A DNA stretch of 64,000 nucleotides from Paraspadella gotoi (GCA_051294375.1 CM119270.1:4208301-4272300); one strand, 5' to 3'. Positions 1 through 13,334 are shown, counted from the stretch's first letter. The notes: generated by a model from the sequence alone, not told the origin. Numbers and translations are program-made.

Positions 1-501
1 TTTCTTTCCTTTTTTTTTTTTTTTTGAGCGAATAACCAACAACTCAACCTGTACTTCGATTTTGAATAATTAAAGATAACTTAACAAGATTGCGCAATCT
101 TGCGACAGACGACTTGGGTCCTCGCGCTCTTTTTGGGAATAAATTTGGAACTTTATTATCTGAAAATCGTAGTATGAATCGTATGTAGATTAAAATCTAA
201 CTAATATTGTAAAATGACATAATATAGAATAGAATACCTCGCCTTCGGGAATTACTAACGTTGGGGCTAAAAAAATTAATCTTCACTGCCTTTTCGACAA
301 ACTTCCGTTTTATTTATCCCAATTTTCAATTTCATTTGTAGCCTGCGCTTGCTCTGATTAATAATCACAATACTGATTGCTAATAATATTATTACTGTTT
401 CATGATAATACTGTTTTTCTGTAATATAGGCTTTCCCAAGGTCATTGGAAGGACTTGACAACCTTTAGCCTCCTCCTCTTCCTCCTTTTCCTCATTGAAA
501 G

Positions 502-780
502 ATGTCGTCCCCAACGACAACAGCCCTCCTCGCCGGTCTCGTCCTCCTCCTCCTCTTCTTCTTCCTCCGCCGCCTTCTCCGCCCCTCCCGCCCGGGCGTT
601 CTCCGCCCCGTGCCTCGCGGGCCGCGTGGTCACTGGCTGCTGGGCCACCTTCGGCTGCCCACCAATGACTGGGGTCCGGCGATGCTGGCCTGGCGCAAAG
701 AGCACGGCCCGATTTACGAGTTCCGCCTGTTGCCTCATCGACCCTTGTTCTTGGTCATCAACGATCCGGCGATGGCGAAG
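502..780 (+). CDS. Cytochrome P450 (clan 2-like), exon 1, copy 1
   Basis: MSSPTTTALLAGLVLLLLFFFLRR membrane anchor, basic/Pro hinge (RPVPRGPRGHWLLGHL), WRKEHGPIY...FLVINDPAMAK; ends at AAG|gtattg donor (phase 0). Confidence 0.85.
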
Positions 781-855
781 GTATTGTGGCATTTGGTGTA
801 TTGCGGCATTTGGTGTATTGCGGCATTTGGTGTATTGTGGGTTTTGGGCATCGTG
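781..855 (+). repeat. ~19-bp tandem repeat at start of CYP intron 1
   Basis: GTATTG(T/C)GGCATTTGGT repeated 3-4 times; also present in copies at ~20751-20830 and ~25735-25812. Confidence 0.8.
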
Positions 856-1083
856 GTAAACGTAAAATTATATTGTGACATATCCTAAATAAAATTTTTA
901 TTCCTAAGACTCTTAGTGAGAGCTCCACTCTAATGGACATTCAAACAATTTAGTAAATTTAAAAATACCGTTTCTATCTGATGAAATATTCATGAAAAGT
1001 TGAGAACTACAGAAATCGCCCGACTAGAGAGAGAGAGAGGCTCTATTTTTATCTTATCTGATCTAATCTAAAGACTAATCTTG

Positions 1084-1298
1084 GAATGTTTCACTTCGAC
1101 ACCCAAAACTTCGCGAAGTCGCGAAGACTCAAAAGAACGGACTCATAGGGACTTCCTCAACGAGGATGCTTGTAGCCCGGAATCGTCGATGGCATAGTCT
1201 TGGTCACCACCTTGAAGGATCTGCAACGAAGTTCAGCTCTCTGCGTCAGCTTTCAGTCTTTAGCGGCTTCGGCAAAGTCAGCGCAGTGGAGATACAAG
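1084..1298 (+). CDS. Cytochrome P450 exon 2, copy 1 (frameshifted, probably read errors)
   Basis: Consensus of the three copies reads approximately EMLLRHQNFASR...GIVD...LKDLRKFTL...GFGKSAMEDK (C-helix region); donor AAG|gtctag at 1299. Confidence 0.65.
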
Positions 1299-1419
1299 GT
1301 CTAGAATGGCGGGGTCAAAATTATGGCGGAGGCCGGCATGGATGTGGAGCCGACCTAATTTTGTCTCGGCTCCAGCTTCGGCTCCACATAAACAAAATTT
1401 ATTTCAAAATTCTTTCCAG

Positions 1420-1632
1420 TTTCTGGCTGAAGCAGACGCTCTTATCAACGCCATGTTGAAAAAGAGGGCGTGGCCTTCGATCCCGAGAACTTTTGCGTAT
1501 CGCCGTCTCCAAACGTCCATCAGCAACATCGTCTTCAGCGTCCGAGCCGACGTCGGACGTCCCTCCGTCGTCCACGACCGACTCCGGACCTACGTGGAAG
1601 GTTGTTCTACCTTTCGTACATCCTGTCTACAG
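1420..1632 (+). CDS. Cytochrome P450 exon 3, copy 1 (frameshifted)
   Basis: Acceptor tctttccag|; FLAEADALINAM..GVAFDP...AVSNVISNIVF (E-helix motif of CYP2-like enzymes); donor AG|gttggt. Confidence 0.7.
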
Positions 1633-1764
1633 GTTGGTTATTTATTATTATTATTATTAATTATATTATGTATTATTATTATTATTATTATTATTATTTA
1701 TTTCATTTAAGTAAGTAGATTGAGGGGTGTTTTCAGAATCTCACACGCTGCCACCACGACGATT

Positions 1765-2533
1765 TTAAGAAGTAGACATTGATTCACACATGAACCAAAG
1801 TGAGATTTATTTCTCGATATAAAGAAGACAGAAACGGCCTGATTGAGACAGATGAAAATCAAAGGTGGTACAATCGGTATTTATACATTGCAATCGGATC
1901 ATCGACATGGGCATCTCTTCCAGATGGCAAACGAAGCCCCTCTTTCCTCATTGGTATGCATTCCGAAGATGACATCAGCCAATCAGACAAGTCATCTTGG
2001 TCTTATTTTCACCCGAACCTGACCGATCACCCTGCCTCTCGGTTTGAAACCCAATTTTAATTCCCATTTCGATTTCGATTCCGTTTCTTCTGATACTCTG
2101 ATTACACCTTACGATGGATATATAATTATATAATTATATTATTATTATTAAATTTTAATTATTAATATATTATTCATCTATTCATACGAAGGTCGGAAAT
2201 CGGAATCATAGAAATGGAATAGAAATCAAATTCGGGATTATAAGTTGCGTTATCAAACTGGATCGGCGGTTCGGCGTGAAATAAACCAAGAGACTATACT
2301 CGATTGGCTGAGTCATCATCGGAATGCAACCTAATGAGAAGAGGGCCTTCGTGCCCATCGGCCGACAAGAGAGGCCCATGGTAGATGATCATGATCAATG
2401 TCCAATAGTATAAATCCGGATATGTACGCCACTTTGATTTCATCTGCTCTCACCCTTCCCCTGTCTTCCTTATATCGAAGAAATAAATACCACTTCTGGT
2501 TTCATGTTGAACATACTCTGTCCTCTTACTTAA
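1765..2533. mobile_element. Fold-back/MITE-like element with ~350-bp inverted arms in CYP intron 3
   Basis: 1766-2110 is the reverse complement of 2180-2533 around an AT-rich spacer; ends TTAA-GTAAGTAGAC...GTCTACTTAC-TTAA are clearest in the copy at 24055-24806. Confidence 0.75.
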
Positions 2534-2854
2534 AGGTAATCTTAAGTAATTTAACAATAATAATATTAACAATAAAAACAAAATGCTTTAACAATAATAA
2601 TAATAATAATTAATTTAGTTATTATTATTATTACTATTATTGTTATATTATATTATATATTAATTATTAATATTATATACTTATGTGTAGCATTTTTTAT
2701 TTATTGTTAATATTATTATTGGTTAAATTACTATTGTTTTTATTGAATTGTGATTTTTGTCATTCTGAAATTCTTGTTATGTAGTAATTACTCATAAAAT
2801 TTTATTAAATATTTTATTATTTGTTATCTAGAAAAACATTATCGTTTTATTGAG

Positions 2855-5800
2855 TTTCACCGAATTTGTTTTATTGAAAACCAGACATGTTTCGCTTGTG
2901 AGTTTTCAAGCCTTCTTCAGTGTTGTGATTAGGAACAAATTAATTGTCGCAAAGAAAGAGTGGAGAGAGAGAGAGAGAGAGAAAGTTAAAGTTTCCAACA
3001 AAGTGAGTGAGTACAGAATTTATGGGTCAACAGGTGAGGACAGGGTAAGTTGACACACAGTGAGTGAGTTTTGAAAAGAAATGAATTATTTGTTAGAGAG
3101 AAAGAGAGAGAGAGAGAGATAGACTTAACAGGGGATAGAATAATTAAATATACTTGTGCAATGTACAACAGCTAATAAATGTTTAAAAACTGAAAAAAGA
3201 TTGGTGAGAATGCCTTTACAATGCAAAGAGTGAATAAATAGATTCAATATGTGTACTAATAATAGCTAAACGAAAATTGGCTGAAAATGTGAAGTTGAAA
3301 AAAATCGAAATGAAAGTTTAGTCTATATATTTTTTATTGCTATATAAAAGCCCTAAGAATAATAGAAATTAAGCGAGCTCAAGAAAGAGCTAAAAATGAG
3401 CTAAGGCACCGCCTTGGTTGTGGCAAAGGAAGTGACATACCGGGATGGTGACGGGTCATATAGCCAGTACAGTGGACTGAGCAGGAATATGTGACCAGAA
3501 ATTGTACAGTGTTGGCAGACCTGGGGACCCTGAGCCAGAAAGGAAAGATCCCTATGGCCGACTCTTATCGTCATCATTTAAGGCTGAATACGCCTGCCCT
3601 GAGTGCCCTCAGTATATTCGCCTCCGCTGAGCGAGGTGGGCAGGCTGTCCGTCCCTTCATTGACTCACCCCAGAGCCACGCTTTAGCGACAGGAGTGTAG
3701 GACCTCCTCTCTCTCATCGTCCTGAATTAAGCGGTCGTGTTAAAGCGGCCGACGTCCCAGTCACCGCAGGAGAAGAGAGAGAGTTGCACTGCATTTGAAG
3801 GAGAGAACCAGGCATCCCTGTCCATTGCCAATGCGCAGGGTAACATACACACTGCCGCAACTCTCTACACCATAAGTTGAGCCCTAGAAAACAGGGGAAT
3901 CATTCGGTGCGCCGACGCTTGGACCCGACGGGGAATCCGTTCACCCTCGCTTTTGGGATAAGGAGACGACATCGTAGCCTTGGAGGAGATGATCGAAACG
4001 TCCTTTCCGAACATCACGGTTCAAGAAGAAGAGCGCGAATCGAGGGCTTGAACTGTCAACTGTCCTTAGTCTAATACCTTCTTGAGAATTCCAGCTTAGG
4101 GTAAATGCGACATGCACGAGACATCTGATTGTCTAACAGACTGCCTAGTGATCTGCGCGTTGCTGCAGGCATATGCTGACAATGTAGTGCCTCCGTTGCG
4201 ATCCACGATAAAAAGGCTTGTATGCTTGGCTTGGAATCGGTCTGTCTAGAGTATTTGCCTTGATCTCGTCCACAGGTGATGTGCCTGCTGTATGCAGGCC
4301 TCCTGGTTGCCCGCTCCTGCAACCGGCCGCCCAACCATAGACGGCCTCCCTTGAATATTTCGGTGCTGGGGACATTTTATCTCCTGGTGTCTTTCACGCA
4401 AGTTTGCTCACGTGGAACCGCGGGTCGTCACTCGAACCGCTGGAGACTCTATCCCTGCTTTGCTAGCACCGCTTCGCACGCAATGATTCACGTGATGCCC
4501 TGGTGGTATAGGGAGGGACAAGTTGACCCACGTTTCTCTTGGGCGCTTCGTTCTTAGTCTTCCCACTATGCGCTGCTGTTAGGGACGCGCCATCGCTCTT
4601 CAGACAGCAATATGCTCACGAACTCTTTCTCCCCCTGGGGTCGGGAGGTAGAGAAACACTAGCGTCACACGTTTACTTGGGCAGACCACCATGAGTTGGC
4701 CACGTGCATCAACAGCAGGCGCGGGCCTAGCGGACCGATCTAACCTAACGCCTTCAACTCGAGAGGCCTTCCAGAGAGGTATCCATGGTGAGTAGCTGCC
4801 AAGGCTCTTTGAACGTGCCTCAAGGGCTAGGCGGCCTGAAGCTCGGGGGGTCGACGGATACAGCCTGAGCTCTTTCTGTAAGGGGGCCTGACTGCCTGCG
4901 CAGCTTTGGGACAGGGGGGCATGTAGAGTTGAAAAGGAATGTATTGATCGGTTTGTGGGTCGGCATTTATGGGTAGCAACTGAAAATTCCAATGAGCCGC
5001 CCTCTTTCCGCGTATCTAGGCACATCCGATGCATATAGGGAATTGACCCATTTCCACTTCCCTTCTCACACTGTCCACTCACTACTGAATTCCACTAGAA
5101 TGTAATCCACTCCGTCATCAAATGGTTACCCAGAGGTTCAATACACATTACAGGAGTCTTTTGACGCTCCTTCCTCTTAACTCCTTAAAACTTGTCAATT
5201 TCTTGAGGCTCTTAATAGCAATAAAAAATATAGCAACTACCTTACATTCATTTTCAACTCCCGTCACATGTTCACCCCAAATCGTTCTTCTAGGCTAATT
5301 AGTACACATATTGAATTGATTGTACTCTAACTAATATTTGCAATTGTTAGAATACTTCACTGCTTGACCCAATCTTTTTCAGTTTTTTAAACCCACTATC
5401 TAGCTACTGTTTGGTACCATTTGCATCCATGAGGATTTTTCTATACTTACATTACTCTCGGCTGTTAAGAATCATCCTCATTCTCTCTCCTTTTCTCTCT
5501 AACAAATTTTCATTTTCTTTGTCACAAAAGCTCATCTCAATCTGTGTGTCAACTGTACCCTCGTCCTCCACCTTTGAATCGCACTATTCTGTCTCACCAA
5601 CTTTGTTGGACAACCTTAACTTCTCTACTCTCTCTGTCTCATCCCTTCTACTTTCCGGCTTTGAAGAAACATAATCTCTTGTCCCTAAATTCACAAGACA
5701 GCCACTGACAGAAGGCTTGAAAACCAATAGCCGAAACTACTCGTCCTGATATCCTTTCACATAAAACAAATTCGTCTGTAAACAATACCCATACAACTTT
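2855..5800. repeat. ~3-kb insert bounded by ~550-bp noisy inverted repeats (2860-3400 / 5150-5790), present only in CYP copy 1
   Basis: Reverse complement of 5360-5730 matches 2900-3210; flanking motif cattatc(c)gtttta occurs on both sides (2837 and 5881) but once in copies 2 and 3. Confidence 0.6.
3400..4400 (+). pseudogene. Possible non-LTR retrotransposon reverse-transcriptase fragment (very noisy)
   Basis: KGK.P..DSYR near 3540-3572 resembles the KxGKD...SYRPI motif; GDDIVA near 3962 resembles the YADD region; order is right but frames are broken. Confidence 0.3.
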
Positions 5801-5889
5801 TGTTTTTTCTCTAACACTCCAGTTACAACGAAAAGAAAGGATTATGCATATAATCATTTTTATGCTTCACAAGACATGATCATTATCCG

Positions 5890-6440
5890 TTTTATGATTT
5901 TGCTTATTCAGCAGAATCCCCGACAATCTAATAACTTCAACTTTGTCGGTCAAGACTCTTATCGCGCCGATATCATCCGCCCCCTATATCTTCTTGTCGG
6001 AGCATGTCAGGCTTTTATAATCATTGTCAGAACATTAGGACATATCGATAAATTATGCAAAGGAAGAGTATGTCTGCCCGTCCACTATGTCTGTCTGGTC
6101 CATGTCGTACATAGCTGTTACCTGTCTCGAGATCTGTCTCCACCACTTAAAGCAAAAACGACCAATCCCTCAGTGATATGGATTAGGACTGGAGGAAATT
6201 AAAATTATGTGTGGTGGTAGGGAAGTGTGCGTGATTGAGCTAGAGTATCTGAAGTTTCCGATAAGATCGACCACGAGGTGGAAATGAGTTTAAATGGACA
6301 AAAACACACAAAAAACCTCACTCTCTCACCCACCTATTCTGTACACAAATTCCAATTACTACGACACTAGAGTGGGCTCATGTGGAACACGCAGAATTAC
6401 CTGAGAATTATGTAATGATGTGTCAGGTAAGGTGGAATGT
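5890..6440 (+). mobile_element. Interspersed repeat with (GTCT/GTCC)n microsatellite, Helentron/HINE(DINE-1)-like
   Basis: Noisy equivalent of 22858-23271; related copies on minus strand at 18740-19340 and 23550-23755. Confidence 0.5.
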
Positions 6441-7500
6441 GAATTAAGATGGCTAAGCTCACAACGGAAAATGGTTAGAGTGGATAAATCCGAGTTTACC
6501 CAATGGAAAAAACAAAAACTTTTCACTAATTAAATTATGCTTCTTTTTTCTTTTTAATATTAAAAGTAATGCAAAAAGATGTATTAAATTAAATGAATCA
6601 AATAATTATACGGAAATACAAGTTGAGCTGCTGGACAGAAGACAGAGCCGCAGGCCCGCATGAATTTGAGAATCTGCTCCAGTCTCAGATGCCCCGATCG
6701 CTAAAAAGACTCCGACCAAGTTGGAAAAAGACCCTGAAAAAAAAATCTGTATTTGGAGCAGTAAAAAATGGATTAATGACGGGTGTGGGTGGGGTTTTGT
6801 TGTTGCAACGTGTTGAAAAATCCAATGAAGAATGAAAGGAACGCACCAGATTTTGGATCCATGCCATTGATAGTACTAAAGCCTGAGACCAGGCAAAGTA
6901 AAGTCATGCACGACCCAAAGCGAGTCAAAAGGAATTTCATTAAATTTCAGCTCTTCAGTCCGACTAAGCCAATAACTTGCAGTGTCTCACACATTCGTAA
7001 GGATCATAGTTTACTAATGGCAGATATTAAACTTACAACCAAATTCGCATCGACGAGATAAGATCGGACGCTCAAACGATCTTGGTTTTGGAAAGAACGA
7101 AAAAATGGAGAAAATAATGGTAAGAATGAACAATATGTTTTTGGAACAGCCCCTCAGTCATGCAATTTTGCTACACTAAACCATCAAAATAAATAAGCTT
7201 TAGATTACGAAACAATTGAAACTATTTAAGAAATGTTATGTAGACGAATGAAAGAATAAGTTTTTAAATGCTTCCTTGCTAAGACGATTTACCAGATCAG
7301 TTGATGAAACTCCTCGAAGGGTGGATTCCGTTTGTAAATGGAAGACAACAGCAGAGAAGGGCACTACATCGGAGAACGAGCGCAGCACTGTCGACCCAGA
7401 TGAACGAACAGAAAAGTGCCGAAAGCGGAGAATCGTTTACAGTCGAACCCTTGGACGCCTTGATCTGGTAATTGATTAAATTCTAGAGGGAATTAAGAAG

Positions 7501-8400
7501 GGGGGAAAAGAATCTGGAAAACAAGACGTCGAGTTTATCCCTCATCTCTAATAATGATCCAATGATCGCCGCCCCTGTTTATTCATAGCAAAAAAGTTAT
7601 TACAGAATGAATCGTCTCAAGCACGGATGGAGAACAATCCCCCGCCGAACAACTTCTCCCTTCCTTGAGTGGCAAGCCAACCCTCTGAAATTGAAAAACT
7701 CTCATCCCGCTGGATAAGTCATCAGAACTAGGAGAAATAAAGGTCAATTGAACTCACTTTTTCCAGATGCCAAAAGACGGATACGGCGGCCGTCGCGTTA
7801 TTTACGTTGGTAGGATATTTTTGACAAATCATGTGCAAATTTTATTAGCAAAATCACGAGTTCGCTCCTAACAACGTACAGTTTGTGGTTCTAAGAGACA
7901 TCCACGCTTAGAATAAACCGCTGGCAGAGTATACAACTGAAATTTATTTAATGCAGGAAAGTGAACAAGAGTTAATCAAGTTTATTTTTGATGACTGCGA
8001 ATGTGCGGTGTATAGAATACAAATACGAAATAATTTACCACGGTTTACAGGCTTTCGTCAAAACAGATTAGCAAAATCCATGAAGTTTCTCCTTCCGTCG
8101 CAATGCGCATTACGTTCCCACTGAGATCAAAAAACCCCCGCCGAATGTTGTTTTCCGAGGCATCCGTCGCGGAGTAGATTCGAGAACTGCTAGGGTCCTT
8201 TTTCCACTCAAGGTCCCGCCTTGTCCTTTGGCAAATGGCCCGCCGAAGTGGCTACGCAGGATGGAACGGGAGATGTCATGTAATCATTGACGAAATTAAA
8301 GTAGAGATTAATGTATTAAAAACTAGTAAGTGGTCTCCTCTTAGACGGAATCGATGTCAAGCAAATAAGCACATATTTACAGCGATATCACAGGCTACTG
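7501..8400 (+). pseudogene. Possible A32/FtsK-HerA packaging ATPase fragment (Polinton/Maverick-like)
   Basis: GGKESGK at 7501 (Walker A-like); 7951-8124 translates MQESEQELIKFIFDDC...RFTGFRQ...KFLLPSQ (Walker B hhhhDD followed by the FT.xR and hhhxQ motifs). Sequence is error-rich. Confidence 0.3.
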
Positions 8401-11400
8401 GTTAGTTTAACTGTGCGTTGACTGACCGGTCTACTCTGCATATAGATACGGCGCACAACGCAAAGTGAGCCATTGACAGGACACTTAGGCAGAAAAAGCC
8501 AAGTTTGATAAATAATACAAGTGGATCCCTAATTTATGAATAAATTTCTTAAGAATCAATACAATCCGATCCCGTGACCGAGGAGTCGGACAAGGGAAGT
8601 ACGCCTATAAGTTCTCATTACGAGATTAGAGTGCGTTCATCCACGACGAGCAATTCTACCGTCGGAATCGATGATCGGATGAGCAAATGAGACGGGTACA
8701 GAACCGCAAGTACACGCCGAGTCCCCCAGGCGAGTCGAGGCGTACTGTAGACATGGCTTTATTAAATTACGTGGGCATTATAAATGCAGCACACGCCGGG
8801 TACGAGAGAGAACAGCGTTCAGCTCATTAAGAAAAATATTGGATCTTATCTGGACGTCAAAACACGAAAGGAAAATATCCGAAAATGTTATGCCTTGTCA
8901 CGTTCTCATGCGCAGCCGGATATAGGCTGAGAGATGGGCGCTGTAGCGCATATCCGGCGAATTTAATCGAGGAACTCAGGGATGACGCTGTTGGAAGGCC
9001 ACGTGTAATGAGGACCTTAGGTGGCCTTGATGAGAGGTAGGGTTAGATAGAGCTGGCTGTGTGGATGAGAGGCAAAAGCGAGAGATGGTGGGCGGCTAGG
9101 TGTGTGAACGATCTTAGGAGGAGAGGTGTGCTCAAAGTTTGGAGTTGAAGAGTATTCTACATCAGCTTGAAGTAATGGAGCGTACATCAGATCCAGGCCT
9201 CGCTCGTCCAAGGGAGGTTGTTACCATCGCGGCTTATTGAGCGTAGTAGGGAGGATCTCTGACTGAATGAGAGAAAGCGGCGAATAGAACTGAAGCGTAG
9301 GCAGCCCGTCAGTAAGGGCTGCTATCGCACAGCTCAGAGAGCGAGGAAGCTCATAATTAAGACTTACGCGAGAAAGAGTGGGAGTTTGGAAAGGCGATCG
9401 AACCCACGATTAGCCGTCAGAGGGGTCATCTATGGGAGAGGGATCCGACGGCCAATGGAAGGGACTCTTCAATCGTGCGATGGAGGCAAATAGACTGAAG
9501 GAGTGAGAATCACTGAGAAGGATAAATTTTGAGTGAAACCTAGGTTGGATATAAGTGTGGATGAGGCGAGAGAAGAGCAATTTGAGGGAGGCGAGCGTAT
9601 GCGCTCATGACCTCTACGTCCGCGAATGACGTGTATGTTGCTGACGTAGCTAGTCTCCCGTGCCTCGTGAGCTCGGGTGCCGCATGTGGGCTGCGCGGGT
9701 GGTGGGGGGGTGGGGGGGGGGGGGCGGGGAGAGGGGGGGCGGACGCTGAAGGTTTGAAGGGGAGGGGGAATGGAGGCGGTAGAAGGTGTAGGTAGGTGAG
9801 GGGGCCACGGGGGGGTAGGGGTGGTGGGGGGGGTGGAAAATGCATGACGAATTGAGACTTGCTCGACTGTGTCTATGAGCGTATCGCGCCATCGACTTCA
9901 GCTGGATCTTCATCCATATATTGAATGAAACATCGCGTAACAGCTTGGAAGCATCTATAGCGATTGTAACGTTTGAAAGGATGGCAACCGAACTATTAGA
10001 CGCTTCAACAACGCAACTCTGAGCGCATCGCGCAATCTGCGAGTGACGAACGTTGTTCCTCTGTTGATATGCTCCGCAGACGAAGTGTCCTCGTATTCAC
10101 GCGCAGTCGACGGAACCCATGTTCGTCGCGTACAGTCCGTAGAACGGCAAATGTTTGATCGCATAGAATAAATGTTCGCGAAATAAGCAAATCCGACATG
10201 AACTGGAAAGCCAGAGAAGTAATGTTGATGAAATGGTTAAATGTTTTATTGGAAACGAAAAAATATGCACTTTTTTATTCTTTTATTTCGATCTCTGTTT
10301 AAGAAATTCTTTAAATAAACGTTTATAGTAACCGATCATCTACTGTCCCTGGTTTTGGAATACGAATTTGATCGCTAGTCACCCAAAGTTGCTTTTAAAC
10401 AAAAATCCATAAGCGTCAGACATAGACCGCGAGATAGCAACGCCGGGGAGAGAGATATAATGTTAATCTATTTAACTCTGTCCGGTGTCCGAATCAAGGG
10501 AAACGAACCTATATTAGATCAAATCGGATTGTAAAAGAAAGACGGACCAAACGCCTAATTGGTTAACGTTTCCGGATAGACACGTTTTCTCCCAACCTCA
10601 ATTCTGCTCATTTATTGTCAAAGTATAAAAGAAAAACTTTGGAAACTAAAGGTTCTTCTGATGAAACGGCAACCAGGGAGGTAATAATTTAGAATATTGA
10701 ACTTATTTGATAATGTAATAGGCTTAAAATTCTTTAATTAAGCGGTTTGTCCGTCATCATGTTGTTGAGAACATTTGCCTATCACGTATTGTCCTAGTTT
10801 GGTCTATATATCGTTAATATTAAAATTGAAAATGCGTCTTTATTACAAGGAGATTATAATTGGACGCAAAGCCCTATACGTTGTTTATGAGAGAGAAGAG
10901 AACAACCAATACGACGNNNNNNNNNNNNNNNNNNNNNNNNNTAGTATTGAGGGTGAGAACAGTTGTAGGACAGGAGTGACTGACATATGACAAAATAAAT
11001 AAATTTAACGCTTATTATGTTGCGTGAAGAATCAAAATACTTCACACAGATAGAAAGAGAAAAGAGAGTCAAAGCGAAAGTTCGAGAAAGAAAGAAACAA
11101 GAAAAGCAGTGGAAAACAAAAACATAAGTTAATAATATAGCGTGCCGATTTTTTTGCCTAATCAGTAGTATATCTAAAAAACGCGACAGATCTTACGAGC
11201 AATTTTATCATTAAAAGTTGTTCTTACCATGAAAATCGTTTTAGTTTCTTTTTAATAAAGGCCTGATACCGTAATTGGAATGATTAACGTGAAAAAAATC
11301 ATGTCTTACCGTATTTTGGAAAGCATAGAAATTCACCCAGGAGTTCTATGTTATAAGGAGAAGATAACTATGCCAACCGTTTTTTTAAATAAAGAAAGTT

Positions 11401-12353
11401 TCATATTTATCAGTGGGAAAAAATAATTAATAGTTATTTAATTTCAATTTCAATGTTGAAATACCAAATTCAAAATCACTGCCGTCTACGGTGTTGACAA
11501 AATAGAAGACAAGATAGGCTTAGAGAGATTAGATTTAAAAAAAAGGGAGAGAAAGACCCGGAAAGCCAGTGCGAGAACACGAGCTTCCACAGAAATTTGA
11601 TTTAATCGTAAAATGGGTGTTTTTATTCATATCAAATTATGATACAGATGCATACAAACATAGGTATAAATTGACAACAAATGACAACGAAATCGGGCAT
11701 GATTTGATCTAAATATAAAATGTTCGAACAAGAAGTTCGCCAGGGTCGAACTTTAATCCAACTGGTTAATTAAAGAGGCTACGTTGGACAGCGTTGTTAT
11801 CGCGGTTAATCCAAAGAACTGCGGAGATTTGTGAGAAGTCGTAGGGTACGGCAAAGTACTATATAGTAACTAGCATCCTAATTTGAAATAGAGAGTACTC
11901 AGAATAAAGGACTTGAAAATGAAAAATGAGGGAGGAATAATAAGGTATAAGGAAAAGAAAAGAAATTCATACAATACAATAAATACAAATAATCAAATAT
12001 TAATCAAAGAAGCAATATTAAACAAATAAACAATCCACGAAGAAACCACTAAGCTCCACAAACGTTTATTATTTTAGAGAAGAGTCCATTCAACGCAGAA
12101 TCTGGAATGACCGCAAAAAGAGAGAAAGAGACGAACGACGATATTCCTATATAAAAGAGCATCTGATTTGTAGATGTAGTCCGACTTTACAAACTAAAGG
12201 GAGGAAAAAATTTTTAAAAAAAATTAAGAAAAAGAGGAAAGAAAAGAAAGAAAAGAAAGAAAAGGAGAAAAAATAGAGAAGAAAAAAAAATAAAAGAAAC
12301 GAAGGAAAGTGGAGAAACGGATAAATGGCGCGAGAGGGGGGCATGGTGACCCT

Positions 12354-12415
<62 letters not shown>

Positions 12416-13334
12416 ATATTGCGTCTTCCATTCGCTATTTGCGTTCTCGTATTCCGTTCGCGTTTCTCTTCTCAGCGTCTCTCTCTTCTATCTCTCTCTC
12501 TCTCTCTCTCTCTCTCATGCATGGTGCTATTTTTCATGGTTTCGTTTTTTTTTTCCCATCCCTTTTTTTTTGGTTATTTTAAACGAGAGACATTTGTCTT
12601 TGTCTACTCACGAACTTAACGTTTGATACCATCAAAATAAGACGATCGCTTACGAATTGTGGTGGCGTCTCCTTTTTCCTTCCGCCTAAATTTCAAGAAT
12701 ATTCTCCAATCATAACAAACGCGTGACGGTCGAAAAAGATTTCACCCATTCACATTATCCAATAATTCAAACAAGTGATGCTTTTCCTCATCCCCTGAGT
12801 TTCATTTCCGTTGAACCGTGACAAAGATTTTCCAGCTTTGAATCTCGAGTTCATACTGGAATCTCGAGTACTGTCACTCTGTGAGCAAGAAGCCCATGAG
12901 CCATGGCCGGCCGAGCGGGCACGCGGTTCGCTCATAATCGGATGCCACAGTTTTTCATCGTAAACGCCTCCAAAATATTTTTTTCTCAAGGCACCGCACG
13001 GAAAGCCCTTCACTCGACACAAATAACGTTTTATTTTTTTGGTTTGGCGTTGTTGGTTTAATTAAAAGGTTATATGGTGTTTTCGCATTGAAATAAACAT
13101 CTTATATTGTATAGAACGAGAAAAGCGGTAAAGTTGTTAGGTGGTTGTTTTTGTGGAACGCATTTATTACAAAATGTTCATAAAATTGTTACGCGTTGCA
13201 TATGTTTACAATGCTAATTTTATTCTTATTGTCCCTTACTTTTTCAAACAGAGATTTTTTTTCTTCACCGACTCGATTGCATAATCTACAAACAAAAACC
13301 GATAAATCCAAAGCAACGAAAACATTTCTCCAAC

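Noticed and set aside
9540-9913. Pro/Gly-rich ORFs and G-quadruplex tract
   Set aside because: Poly-G runs in low-quality long-read sequence; no splice or homology support.
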